A stretch of DNA of 64,000 nucleotides from Cycas panzhihuaensis (lineage: Eukaryota; Plantae; Cycadophyta). The DNA lies in NCBI GenBank assembly GCA_023213395.1, contig CM041465.1:180117741-180181740 (forward strand), read 5' to 3'. Each line of letters opens with the position of its first letter. The stretch's first letter is position 1. Positions 1 to 13,841 of the stretch are shown piece after piece. The position numbers and the translations under genes are program-made. A model generated the notes under the pieces. It did no database searches. It had not been told where the DNA came from and saw nothing but the letters and a program-made list of their open reading frames with translations.

Positions 1-501
1 GCAATACCATTAGTTATCATTGATGTAGAATATTTACAAGATTTTACAATAGTACAAATACAAAACCATAATAGGGCCTACTTAGCACTCGTGTGATGAT
101 TATGGCTATTGGCAACAAAAGTATTACAAGATTGGCATCACCTGGCCTTTACACTTTTAGATGGAAGGAAATAAGTTACATTACCATTCATAATAGAGGG
201 TCCAAAGATTAAGAAAGTAATAGATAAGGAGGCTTCTTCTTTGAATATAATAAGTAGTTGTCCTATATCAAGTCCATACACTAAAATTGCTAATCAAGTG
301 AAAAAAGAGAAAGGTATAGTTGGGGATGAACGATGAAGTTGATGCTCAAGTATAATAAAAATTGAATGATGATATATGCTCTACTAGTTATCTTCTACAT
401 TGGTTATAAGATTCTTATGAGGTAACAAAAGAAAAAATCTATTATAGAATAAATTTAATTTTTATGAATGAAGAAATTAAATATTTAAAAGATGAATATA
501 A
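1..501 (+). pseudogene. Middle part of an unknown decayed ORF (host of copia A), copy 1
   Basis: Frame 1 reads AIPLVIIDVEYLQDFTIVQIQNHNRAYLALV**LWLLATKVLQDWHHLAFTLLDGRK*VTLPFIIEGPKIKKVIDKEASS. It is homologous to 50738-51240, and its reading frame resumes at 23363 once copia A is removed. Confidence 0.55.
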
Positions 502-880
502 TGTCAAATTCATCAATAGGATCTAATAGCAATGTGCATTCAAATATAACTCAGAAAAACAAAGACTAAATACAAAACAAGATAGCAAATTACTGTAAAA
601 TTACGCTATAAGTAAATTGATTACACCGTGTGTCTAAATATTGGCAAAGCTTTCACATATAAAAACTTTCAATGTATAAATGAATATGTTCATGCTTAAT
701 TTATAAGCATACAACATCCAAATACAAATGATATAATTGGTCAACTTAGTAACAAAGGAGGTAGAGTCGACCAAACTATAGATTACATTTAAATTTATAA
801 AGGGGGGTCACACCTTATAATACACAAATATAAATATATGTAAAATATAATACAATGAAGGGTTATTATATATTTTAACA
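502..880 (-). repeat. Copia A 3' LTR
   Basis: On the minus strand it runs TGTTAAAA...TTTGACA, directly after the PPT TAAGGGAGGG. Confidence 0.9.
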
Positions 881-899
881 CCCTCCCTTAATGACAGCT

Positions 900-3800
900 T
901 CATTGTATTTGATACCGAGGTCATGCCAAAACCTTTCAAACTTCGGTTTGCCAAAATCTTTAGTGAAGATATCTACAACTTGGTCCTCAGTTTGTTAGTA
1001 AACAAGGTCAAATTCTCTGTTTTGAACATGTTGATAGTTGAAGTGATGGTAGACCTCTATGTACTTAGTTCAAGCATGAAAATAAGATTATTTGTTATCT
1101 TCAACATACTTTGGTTATCACAATAAAGAATAGTAGCCGAAATCTATTGAAGTCAAACCTCAACAAGAATCTTTTTAAGCTAAATCAACTTTGTGGTGGC
1201 ATGGACAACTACTTTATATTCAGTTTTAGTGGAGGAGAGAGCAACATTAGGTTCTTTCTTGCAACTCCAAGTGATTATAGCTAAGTCCATGTCAAAATAG
1301 TATCTTGATATTGAATGGCATGTGTTTTGGCAACCTACCCAATCAACATTTGTATATACTTTCAGGATAGGAGACTCACTTTGGTTATAGTCAAGTCCAG
1401 GCTTATGTGTGCCATAGATGTACTTGAGGATTCTAGTGGTGACCTTCCAATGGGATAATTTAGGTTGCAACATGTACTTGAAACAAATCTTAATATTATA
1501 AGAGATGTTTAAACGAGTGTGAGTGAGGTAGATAAGGCTCCTAACCAACTATCAGTATAATGTAGAATCAAAGGGCTTTCCTTGTTCATCCAAGTTGAGC
1601 TTGGCTTTTATTTTTATTAGAGTCGGTATAGGTTTTGCGATTAGTCATTCTAAACCACTATAAGAGTTACTTATATTATGATAGAAATATGTGTTCTAGT
1701 TCTTGCCACACTTTAATACTAAGGAAATAGTGAAATAACCCAAGATTTGTCATCTCAAAGCTGCTTTTGAGTTCTAATTATGACCAAGCTATACCTTCAT
1801 TGCCATTACTAGTAATTGCCAAGTCATCCATATAGAGAACAATGATTGTGATCAAGTTGCCTCTAATTCAAATATATAGATCTGATTTAGAGGGTGAACG
1901 AGTGAATCCAAACTATGTAGGAAAGGTATCAATCTTTACAAATCAGGCACATGGTGCCTATTTCAATCTATATAAGGCTTTCTTAAGTTTGTAGACTAGT
2001 TGTTCTTTGCTAGGAATAGCATAGCCTGGAGATTATTTCAAGAAAACCTCTTGTATAAGCTCTCTATTTAATAAAGCACTCTTCACATCTATTTGGTGCA
2101 CATGGTAATTGAATTGAGATGCAAGAAATATAACCAAATAGAATATAGTCATATTAGCTACTAGTGTAAAGGTATCGTCATAGTCAATCCTCTCTTACTA
2201 CTTGAAACCTCTTGCAACTAAACGAGGTTTATGATGCTTAATGGTACCATCGGTATGGAATTTGGTCTTATAAAGCCATCGATAATTAATTGACTTCTTT
2301 CTAGGTGGTAGTTCTATTAGCTCCCATGAGTCATTCTTAAGGATAGAGTTCATCTATTCATCCATTGTATCTTTTCATGTTTGGTCTTTAACTACCTCCT
2401 CAAATATAGAAGGCTCAGAGGTCTTAAGGATGCATGAAATTAAGGTATAATTGGTGGAGTATCACATTCTAGACTCTCTTTTAGGAGTTGTGAGAGGATA
2501 AGGAGCATCCTTTAGTAATTATTATAAGCACTTAGGAGGTGGTTAAAAACTGGTGGCTTCCTCCTAAAGATCATCAACTAACATAGGTGGTATTAATGTG
2601 CTAGCATCTAATGTGGATGTTGAGGCTATTGGAACTAAAGATGAACCTAGTGTGTAAGATGATGTGGGTGTTGGTGGCTCATGAATTAGTACAAGAGGCA
2701 GTTTAGGCATACTAACTTCATCTTTTGCAATAAACTAAATTTGAGTGGGATTTGAGTCTTAAGAATCTTTAATAAATATTACATCCCAAGTAGTGTACTC
2801 CTAGTTCCAATAGTATCATATACTTTGTATACTTTCTAACCATATACATAGCCAAGAAAAATATATTTAAGGCTTTTATCATCTAATTTCTTCCTATTCT
2901 CCTTGGAGATGAAGTTATAGGCTGTGCATCCAAATGTCCTTAGATAAGAAACTGTTAATTTGATGCATGATTAAGGCTCCTTGTGCATGATATTTCTAAC
3001 TGCTACTATGGCACTTATATTAGCTTGATAAACAACAATTGATATGGCTTCAACCCAAAGCATGGTAGAAAGGTTAACTGCAATTAACATGGCTTTTGCC
3101 TTGTTCACCAACATTTGTTCATTCTTTCTGCTACACCATTTTGTTGAGGTGTATGAGGGGTCAAGAATTAGCATTTGATGCCATATTGTTTGTAAAAGTT
3201 GGTGAATTAGTTAGATATATACTCTCCTCCATTATCAGATCTTCGTACCTTGATGTTTATGCCACTTTTATTTTGGAACTTATTCCTAAGGAAGTAGACC
3301 CAAACATTCCTGGAATAGTCATCTATAAATGTCATGAAAAACATATTTTCATTAAGTGAAGGAATTGATATAGGCTAATAAATGTTTGAGTGGACCAAAC
3401 CCAATGGTTTTGAGGCTCTCCATCCTTTATTTGATAGGAATCATTCTCTACGTTATTTGTCCATTAAGTATGCCTCACAAATGCATATATTTCTCTTGAT
3501 GAATAGAAGTTTATACACCACATCTAGCCTAAACATGAGATTTATGCTTTATATATTCAAGTAACCAAGGCGTTAATGCCATAGTTGGTTCTTGGTGCTA
3601 TTGGAGGTGGTTGCTTCTTCAAAGTATGAGCATTCACCTTAATCTTGGTCAAGGGGTAGGTCTTCAACTATGATTGCCTTTTCCTTCTCAATGTGATTGT
3701 TATGTACCATAGAATAGGATTCTTATGGTGGAATAGTGGAGAGAGGAACCACATCAAGTTTGTATAGGCCACTATCCTTATGTCCGGTTGCAATGAGTTA

Positions 3801-4904
3801 TCTAGTAGCATGCTCTATGATTATGTAGATGCCTTGACTGAAAAGGACATCCAAGTTTTTCTTGTCAATTTCACTGGCAGAAAGTAAGTTCATCTTCATG
3901 TCTAGAATTAGGAAAATATTAGTCATGCGTTGTCAGAGTTTAGAGTCCTTTAATACAATGGGAGCCCTTCTAATTTTAGTCATATCATAGGTGAGGTTGT
4001 CTCCAAATGTAATGATTTGAGCTCAAATTAGATAAGTCTCCTCCAGCAAGTCTTTCGTGTCAGTCATGTGATGTGTGTTACCAAAATTTAATAACCAAGA
4101 ATTGTCATAATGTTGAGATGATAAAGTTACAAAAATATAATTTAAGAGGAGGGTTGAGAATTAGCCATATTGCCTCCCTGTTGTATATTTTGGTTGTTCC
4201 TTTTGTTTCTTAGTTAGAACCTTTACCTGTTTGGTTGGTGCTAGTTCTAGTTTTGCCTTAGATTCCAATTTTGTTAGAAATATTGACCTAGTTGTTAAAA
4301 AGTTGGTCCTCTTTGTTGAAAGTAAGGGCCTCCTTATTAAAAGTTAGGGCCACCTTACTGAAAGTTGGGCCCACATAGTTATCCCCCTTGGTTTTGAAAA
4401 TCTAAAAATTAGCTTGTCTTCTCTTAAAATCAACAGTAAGGTACCCAATGTTTTCATAATACATGTAGGTGACATTTTTTTTGTGTTATTGGTTTATTAA
4501 TAGTTGAGATTAATGTGGTTATTATGGTTGTTAAGGCTATTGAGATAGTTAAACAGAAGTGCTAACCTGTTGAGATTATGGTTGCTAGTGTATTGACTGT
4601 TGGCTTAGCTATTGTGAGATATCTAAAGAGTCAAATTAATGAGCAAGGGTTTACTAATAACTCAACTATTGAGTTGGCTATCAAGATGGCTTATTCCTTT
4701 CTGAGTTCCTGACTACAAATTTAGGGCTAGAGTTAGAGGTAGATATCACTCCTTAGCAATTGATAGTGTTCTCCTCCCTGAGCAAGAGTCCTATAAAAAT
4801 ATTGAGTTCATTTTGGTAAAGGTATTGTAGAGTCTAGATATAAAGCTATTATATTCTATAGGAAGGATGTTGAAGATGTTAGATAAAAGCATTTGGGTTG
4901 CTAT
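900..4904 (-). pseudogene. Copia A gag-pol (PR, GAG-pre-IN, IN, RT, RNase H), with many stops and frameshifts and a deleted gag N-terminus
   Basis: ORF fragments SLIYLTHTRLNISY..., YTNVDWVGCQNTCHS...ITWSCKKEPNVALSSTKTEY (RT/RNase H) and LWVEAISIVVY (IN), in copia domain order. Confidence 0.9.
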
Positions 4905-5802
4905 TTTAGTATGTCATTTAGTGTGGCTTTTAATGCCTTTTAGTGTCTTTTTGTATTCTTTTTGTGTCCTATCTACCTAGTGGGACTACTAAACTAGCAT
5001 GCTAAATTTAGAGATCTCCAAGAAGCCCTCGATTCTCATTTTGTCTAATGGTGCCTATGTACAAGTGGAAAATCAAGGACTCTATATATTGGTATATGAA
5101 CTCTAAGCTCTGTATACCTCAATATGTAGGCTGTTAAGAATGTCAAAGACCCCCCAGACTTATTGATCCACCTACATCAAACTTATGTCTAGTAACAGAT
5201 CTAGTTGAGAACTACTAACTAAGGTACTCGTGCCCTCTAGATCTAGCCTAGTCTTTAACTTCCAAGGTAAGGTTTATACCTTATCTTACTACTTAATATA
5301 ATTTATAGCCAATGATCTTCTTTAATATCCATAGAATTTGAAAAGAACCAATGACGTATGTGAAGTAGTAACTTCAGGGGTCCTAACCATTCCCCTTATA
5401 AGGCTGGTAAAATTTTTTTATAGATTGAAAATTATCTTTCTTAATGTTTTTAATTGAAATTAATTTTTAAAATATGATCTTATTTATAGAGAGGGTTCAT
5501 TTTATAAAATAAAAATAAGGAGATTAAAAAAGAAAATAACTTAAAAGAAATAAGAGGGTTAGGGTGCTCTTTTAATGGACTTTGTTCCAAGTGAAGATCA
5601 ACCTCCTTCACACAAGAAGGACACCTACAACTAGAAAACACAAATACTTATTAGCCAAAAAAATAAGATAGGATAACATATAAAAGATATATAAACAACA
5701 TTGAATGGCTAGATTCTATGTAAAATAAAAATAATGCTTTCAATTTATTAAGATAAGCATTATTATAGCCTAAACAAAAGTGTCAACTTTAACTACTAAG
5801 AA

Positions 5803-6169
5803 TGTTGGCTTCGAGGTATAGAGCAAGAGGATTACATATGAGTATACATCATTTTAAAGTGTAAAATAATTTTTAAAATTTAAAATGACAGTATTAAAAG
5901 ACACTAGTGAGGTATTCCCAACCTATATATAGATAAATTTAGGGAGGCGGCAAGTGTCTCAACCTAACCAATATTTAAATTTAAAAAAATATTAAAATAT
6001 TAAATAATTAATTGAATAACTTACTTGTGGTGGTTGTGTCAGTTCTTTATCAGCTACTGATGGCTATTTGATGATGTTAGGTAGCCCGAGGTATCCTAGG
6101 GACTCTTAAGGTGGCATTGAGGGGCCTAAAGTGTACACATGCACTAGCAAATTTAATATTATCCCAACA
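5803..6169 (-). repeat. Copia B 3' LTR
   Basis: Has TGTTGG/CCAACA termini and is homologous to 21561-21906 and 57008-57369. Confidence 0.9.
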
Positions 6170-6313
6170 CTCTCCTCCATAATAGACAATATGAAGAACC
6201 TCTAATTTGTCTCTAAATTTATGAAATTTGATTTTATCCAATGCTTTGTGAAGATGTCTATTGCTTGGTCTTTGGTGCTATAATATACCAATTCAATTTC
6301 TCTCGCTTATACT

Positions 6314-6619
6314 TAAAAGAGGTTAATGTATTAAGGTCATTTGTTTAGATTAATTATGTGACCTTAGGATATATTGTTAGCATTAGTCTCTTAATGAAAT
6401 ACACTTTATGTGTATTTAGATATAATTTTAAGTTCATGTCATTAGGTGAAAAAATCCTAACCCTAATACTTGCCCTCATTAATAAAGGTGAAAATTTGAA
6501 GGAGGAGTCATTGGTCATTCTCACCTCCAAGCTTACTCACATATTGTTTCATCTCTTTTCATTCTTCATTGTCATTATATGCATGTGAGTGATTTATTCC
6601 TAGATCCATACTTCCTTCA
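6314..6619 (+). repeat. Copia C 5' LTR
   Basis: Direct repeat of 13526-13836; ends in CCTTCA followed by the PBS. Confidence 0.92.
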
Positions 6620-8525
6620 TATGGTATCAAAGCTAAAAGGGAGTTATTCACTCCATTCCACTTGCATAGAGTTATTTTGTCTCTCTTTTCTAGTTAATGT
6701 GAAGTATTAAGAGTGCATTCAATATTTTTAATATTTTGAGAGCTTAAAATTATATTCCTTTATATGTTTCTACTTTATCTATATGTGCAAAACTCATAGG
6801 TGAATAATATAGGTTTCTAAATCCGTTCGGATCTTAGAGCAGTCCTAGAAGCATTAAAGGCCTAAATTTTCATGAAACTTTTGAACATCTTAGGTTTTAA
6901 TAAAATTTGGCATACAAGGTCAAATTGACTAGAGGATCATTTTGTCTTATGGATTAACTTCAAATTCAACCTATAACGATGAGTTTTATCGAGATAAAAG
7001 GGTGAAATTTGTAGATAAGTGACTTAAGGTACTTTTCCCAATAAAATCCTTTAATTATAAGCCAAATATCTAAAATTTTAATTGAGATATCTGATAGATT
7101 TATGTATTAGGATCATTTTAAGATAAATCTTATCAAATTTCATTTACTGGTTAGTGAGATCTATGTAATTTTATCACGGATGCTAAATTTGCCTACTCAA
7201 ACCCACAAAAGATATTGTGAGGGTGTTTTAGGTAATTTTTTACTGATTTTAGAGATGGTGTAGAAGTAAAAGTTGATGTACATGCCAAAACCTAACTTTT
7301 AAAATATTGAAGTTTAGATTCTGAGATAATGGATCCGGCAGATTTTGCTTTTGTGTTTTTTAGACAAAATTTTTATGCCTTTTAAGAAATATGGCTTCAC
7401 TAATCTATCGTAAACAATATTCTAAACACTTTTTCCTTCTGTCATAAATTTAAATTTCATCATTTAGGCTTTCATATTTATAATTTTTAGAAAAATTTAC
7501 CCATTTATCATTATTTATAAATTTTGTGAAAAAATCACAAAATAGGGCAAAATAGCATGTATATGGATTTTTAAAATTAATATTTTATTGGCTAGTTGAT
7601 CCACTTTTTAGCCCATTGTGGCTTTTGTATTAAAATTTCTAAAAACATATTTAGAAACATTGTACTAAAGTAAGGGAAACCTTGGATCGGAAGCAACATC
7701 CGGTTCCCCTACTAAATCTAGCATGCTTTTCTATTTGTACACATAGCATAAAGCATCACAAAAGTAGCGGGAATAACAAAGCAAATACATTTGGTAACTT
7801 TCCATTTCGGTTTTCAATTATTGAAAATAACTTACATTATTCATAAAAAAATCTCATCTGCATGCTTTATACCACAACTTTTAACTTATATGCATACTCG
7901 CCTTGGTTGAAATAGGACGACGGTTGAAGTCTAGGCCTTAAGGGAGGTGTGAATTTCATCTTGAGTCTAGTCTTAATCGAATAATGGTGGAGGGACATGT
8001 TAGTCATACCTACTACCTCAATCGTGGATAATCCTAATAACCACCTAGGAAAAATGAAAACCTTAATGCAAGATTAAAATTAACACGATCTAATATCCAT
8101 CATAGCCATGAGATACGCATATACTATTTGACTCTTGGATGAAGTATATAGCTACTCACTAGTAAAGCGGATGAGGACTGGAGTACGAGCTCCACTATGA
8201 CTTGTTCATCACCAAACACGGATGTGGGTATCACGGTGAAGGCCTTAATTGTATACTAGAAGCCTTATGCATCGAAGCCTCACCTACATTTGGACATAAG
8301 TTAAAGGTTAGTGGCATAGCATAACACCACTCTTTGCTAGCTCTACATTAGGCCTCGTTCTTGTATCATTAATTATACTTATTTTTCATAGTTATTAAAA
8401 ATACATAATCATTGTTTATTTTTCATCATAGCATTTATTTCTATATCCCTACTGCACTAGGTATATTAGCCACATGTGTTAGTGGCATATACTTCTATCA
8501 TCTATTCTACTTCTTTATCATCACC

Positions 8526-11500
8526 ATGTCATTTTAATTCAATCGAATGTCAAGCTGCATATTAAAAGGAAAAGAAAATTGGGATTTGTGGTACACTAGA
8601 GTTAAAAATGTTGCAAAGTATAAAGGCTTTTCGAGAGCCCATTTGTAGCTTACACCCATCATATTAGCATGACTATAACACACTTAGATGGATCCGCCCC
8701 AACAACACCTACATATCTGCAACCAAACTACAATGGGAGATAGATGATGAAAAGATTGGTGTAGGAATTTTATTAGTAATCGATCACTCCTTGCACAACT
8801 TGATTAACGAAGAGTAACATGATCTGACTGGAAGGTCCTTAAAGTTCTTAAGAAGAACTTTGATGCCAAGTCGATTTACAATTTATTCATCTTATTTTCA
8901 AAATCAACAAATTAAAAATGGAGAAGGGATGAGGTGATGAGATAATAAATCTCCTTCCACCAATCAAACATTCAAGATAAACATTTTAAGACCTAATCCA
9001 TCACTTCCCCATTCTTCATCTAATCATCTCTATATCTCCCTAATTATAAAAACTTCCTTACAACTCTTCAATCTACTCCAACATTGAAGACACTTAACTT
9101 TAAAGCACTTGCCAAGAAGTTCATAAAATTTGACAAGACCTTTGATACCAACTTTATAGCCTTTGACTCTCTTCCAGATACAGCCTTTGAGGTGGAAGAA
9201 TAAGTTTGCTACACAAGAAATCAAGGTCCCTCTTATGGTAGAGGAAATAGCCAAGCAAGAGGAAGAGGAAGAAATATAGAAAATCATCTACAAGATAAAC
9301 CAAACCTTTAGTCATAGCCTCAACAATCTCAAGGCTAAGGGCCACCTCAACAAAGAGTAAGACAGTCAGGCCAAACTAGTACCTCTTTAGGAACTGGTAA
9401 TCAAACTATTATGTGTGATCAGTATAACCATAAAGGACACTTAACAAAAGATTGTAGAACTGCCACTTATAAGTTGGCCAAGTTCCAACCAAATCATGGA
9501 GCTCATAATGTTGAAGAAACTTGTAAAGAATTCTTTAGTGGTGCAAGTTTTGTACAAATACACTTTCCAAGAATTGAGGGATTTGCAGCATCAAATGCCA
9601 TTGACCAACCAAAGAGATACTTTGAAGCTCAGCGTGGATATATCACTTGCGAATTCCCTTCACCAATGGCAAGCCTTATTGGAATTGCCAATAGTGTGGG
9701 TTCAATCGATGGACAGTGGATCATGGACACATGAACAACTGAATATATGACGTGCAATCGTAGTCCATATCAAACATTTGACTCAAATATTCAAGGAGTT
9801 ATTTACATGGCTGATAAATCACAACAACCTATTGAAGGAATTGATAGCATTTACCTGAAACTCCTAGGCTTAAAAGATTTTACATTACTTGATGTCTTAT
9901 ACATACCCAATCTTAAACAAAACCTACTCTCCTTATCTATACTTGTCTCTTGTGGATTTGATCTGAGTGTAACCATAAATGACCAGACTCTCCAGGTCAT
10001 TCATCCTCCAACTGATCAAGTGGTCTTAGTTGGACATCTATCTGGCAAACTCTTTTTACTAAATATCTCTCCATCTTCTGAAGCTCATTGTGCTCAAAGC
10101 CCTTGTGTTGATGAAGAATTTATATTTAATTTCATCTTAACCCATCCAACGTTGTCACTAGAAGATCTTTGGCATGCTTGCATGGGCCATATTCATATTG
10201 ATATACTTAGAGATCTTTCTAACACTCTTCTAAATCTTCCAAAGTTCTCCTCTAAGCCCTTTAAATATGAAGCTTGTATCATTGCCAAATCTCATTGACA
10301 ACCATTTCCCAAAAATTAGTGGAAATCGAGCCATCATTATAATTAGTACACTCTAATTTATGTGAACCAATGTCCATTCCTTCACTGAAGGGAAACTTAT
10401 ATTACATCTCTTTAATTGATGATTTCACTAGAAAAGTATGGGTAGATTTTCTACACAAGAAAGATGAAGCCTTCCATGTATTCAAAGAATTCAAAGCCCT
10501 CACTAAAAAAGAGTCAAGTTATCAACTTAAATATCTTCGAACTGATAATGGTGGTGAATATACCTCACATGAGTTTGAAAGTTACCTTGAGATAATGGCA
10601 TCAAGTATCAAAAATAGTAGCGGTACCCCATAGCAAAATAGAGTTCTTTGAGTACATGAATAAGACAATCATGAACATGGCTCAAGCTATGTTCGTATAC
10701 AAAAATGTACTTGCCAACCTATGGGCTGAAGTAATCTGGACAGTTGTTTATTGTATCAATGTTGTTAACCCATCAAAGGAAGGACAAGCACTTAATGAAA
10801 AATGGTCAAGACAAGCTCTCATTGTTCACTACTTTAAAATTTTTAGCTCTACATACTATGCCCACATTCTAGATACAGATCGAAATAAATTCCAGCCAAG
10901 GGCACTTAAAGGTATCTTTGTTGGATACCCTATGGATAAGAAAGGGTATAAGGTCTTTATACCTTCACAATGAAAAATCATTATTACCACAAATATCATT
11001 TTTGCGAGACAGAGGATCAGTTACTTAGACTAGACTTCAAAGGACCCTCACGTCGCTATAATCATGTTATCAAATATGATATTCAAATTCTAAAATTTGG
11101 GGGGGAGAGGACAGACATAAATTACTCTAAATATTGGAAGCTGACAATAGAGCCTTGGAGGATATAAGTTGTGACTCTGAATAAATGAGTGCACATCCAG
11201 CACCATCTTTTGAAGATAGCGAGTTGATAAAGGCAAAGCCATTATAGAAGAACCATCCTCTCCACCTTCAATGACAAAGGCAAAATAATGGTAGAAGGAC
11301 CATCTTCCTCGTGTGTATCAACATCCTCCTTACAAAATAATCATTTTAACAAATAAGATGAGAATTAAGAAGTTGAGGAAATGAGGACTTCATTCCCAAC
11401 TCGAGGATCTCGAGAAGCCTGTCAACTCAATAAGGACATATGACCAGATGAGGTGGGTAAAACTTGCACTCAAAGTGCCCATAGAGCAAGGATGCAAGAA

Positions 11501-13060
11501 TCATTATATACTGAGCTTGAACCGAAAGAACTGCACATTATTATTAATGAAGAGCCCCTCTCATACCAAGAAGCTGTAAAACATATAGTTTAGAGAAATG
11601 CCATAAATGAAGAGTATCAATCTCTTATTAAGAATTATACATGGGAGCTCGTTGATCTACCACTTGGTAGAAAGGTAGTTCAAAATAAATAGGTGTTCAG
11701 AAACAAATATAGATCGACGACACCCTTGAAAAACACAAGATGAGGTTGGTAACAAAAGGATTTACATAAAGAGAAGGCATCGACTACACTGAAGTCTTTG
11801 CACCTACAACCAAGTGGCCTACAATTAGAACTCTTGTGGCCTTGGGTACGCTCAACAAGGTTAGAAAGTCCACCAACTTGATATTAAGACCACATTTCTC
11901 AATGGGGATATTGAAAATGAAATTTACATGGCTCATAGAAGCATATGAGATCGAAGGTTAAGAGCATAAGGTTTGTAGGCTCGTAAAGTCCTTCTATAGC
12001 CTTAAATAAGCCCTTGTGCTTAGTTTACCAAGTTATCCGAAAGAATAAGACAACTTAGATAAGAAATTTGTGACCACTAAGATATAGATGCAACGTTGTT
12101 CATTAAACACCATAAGGATAAAGTCACTTATCTCATAATCTTTATGGATGACATGCTAGTAATGTGTAATAGTGAGCAGGCAATAAGCCAATTGAAAAGG
12201 ACCTTGGCAAAATGTTCGAATCATCTAACTTCGGTTTGATGAAATATTACTTGGGAATTGAAGTAATACAAAAGAATGGAAATTTTTTCCTCTCCTAAAA
12301 AAAATACACCAATGATATTTTAACCAAATTTCAGTTAGAAAATGCTCAACTAGTGATTTTACCTATGGACCCTAATACCAAACTTTCAACCGACGATCAC
12401 ACTAGGGAGGCAGATGCAACACTATATAGGAAACTTGTAGGTAGCCTCATCTACACTACCAATACAAGGCCAGATATTATACACTCTATCGGCATTCTTA
12501 CTCGTTACATGATAAATCCTAAGCGTAATCATTGGGCGGCAATGATGAGTGTTGAGATACCTTAAGATGATTAATGAGATATGGTCTGTTGTATGAACCT
12601 AATTCAGACTTTAAGCTTTCTACATACACAGACTCAGACTTTATAGGAGATAAAGATACAGAAAGATCTACGCCAGGTATATAACATTTCTTGGATTAGC
12701 ACTAATATTATGGAGATCCGGATGATAGAAGATAATGTGATTCAACTGCCAAAGTTGAATACATTATTGCTTCTGAGACTAGTAAGGAGGTAATATGGTG
12801 AGAAAATTATTAGAAACATTAAATATCACCCAAGCAAGTCCTATGAGTCTTCATGTAGATAGCCAATCGATCTACATGGCTAAAAATCTTGTATTTCACA
12901 ATTATACCAAATGCATAAGTATAAAAGTCTACAGATTAGAAAACTTGTTTATGATGGCATAATTCAAGCTGGAATACTAGCCCACAATGAGATCAAATGG
13001 TGATATCTTCACCAAACAAGCTGTAAAGGTGAAGTTTAAACAATTGAAAGCAGATTGACC
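8526..13060 (+). pseudogene. Copia C gag-pol pseudogene
   Basis: Zinc knuckle CDQ(Y)NHKGHLTKDC, protease WIMDT, LWHACMGH, integrase IDDFTRKVWV and LRTDNGGEY, and RT YRKLVGSLIY..TRPDI. Confidence 0.92.
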
Positions 13061-13525
13061 TTAGGGCCTCCATCTTCGATTGCTCAAAGAAGATGGAAAT
13101 AGGATTATCATACTCTATTCTCTTCGTGAAAACCCCTTGTGGGTGCGGAGGAATAAGAGTAAGTCTTTATTCTATCATATTTTTGAAAACCCTATGTGGA
13201 CATAGAAGGATAAAGGTTGTACTAGTTTTGGAAAATCAAAACACATGAAAACCCAAAAGGGCATAGGGGATGACCAAACAGTATATGGAGACTTAGCAAA
13301 TTAAGCTGCATATTTAAGCTACTTGGCTATCGGGATATATCAAAGAGTTACATTAGGCTTTGATTTATAAAAGCTATAGATCTTAGAAAGTTTGTGGGTT
13401 TTTATTTCCCATGAGGGTTTTCCCACAAAAGTGTCATTTAGAATTTTAATATAATAATGAGGCTCAAATGAAAACCTCATAAAATAAATTTTCTCAAAAT
13501 GACCTTCCATTATTAAGGGGGGAAT

Positions 13526-13836
13526 TGAAAGAGGTTAATGTATTAAGGTCATTTGTGTAGATTAATTATGTAACCTTAGGATATATTATTAGCATTAGTC
13601 TCTTAATGAAATGCACTTTATGTGTATTTAGATGTAATTTCGAGTTCATGTCATTAGGTAAGAAAATCCTAATCCTAATACTCACCCTCATTAATAAAAG
13701 GTGAAATCTCAAGGATGAAATTATTATTCATTCTCACCTCCAAGCTTGCTCTCATATTTTGTTTCATCTCTTTTTTATTCTCCATTGCGATTGTGTGTAT
13801 GTGATTGATTTATTCCTTAAATCCATCATTCCTTCA
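13526..13836 (+). repeat. Copia C 3' LTR
   Basis: TGAAAG...CCTTCA, directly after the PPT. Confidence 0.92.
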
Positions 13837-13841
13837 GTACT

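Larger units (their letters stand above)
6314..13836 (+). mobile_element. Ty1/copia LTR retrotransposon C, inserted in the RNase H region of B
   Basis: LTRs at 6314-6619 and 13526-13836. PBS TGGTATCAAAGC at 6622-6633 and PPT AAGGGGGGAAT at 13515-13525. TSD is ATACT/GTACT, and the duplicate has an empty site with a single GTACT at 57507-57511. Confidence 0.95.

Noticed and set aside
923-1126. 67-aa ORF nearly identical to 51659-51862, suggesting a conserved small protein
   Set aside because: It is antisense to the copia RNase H end, and the identity comes from one of the homogenised tracts in the duplication.
5197-5244. Hammerhead ribozyme at the three-way junction
   Set aside because: The conserved catalytic core nucleotides are absent on both strands.
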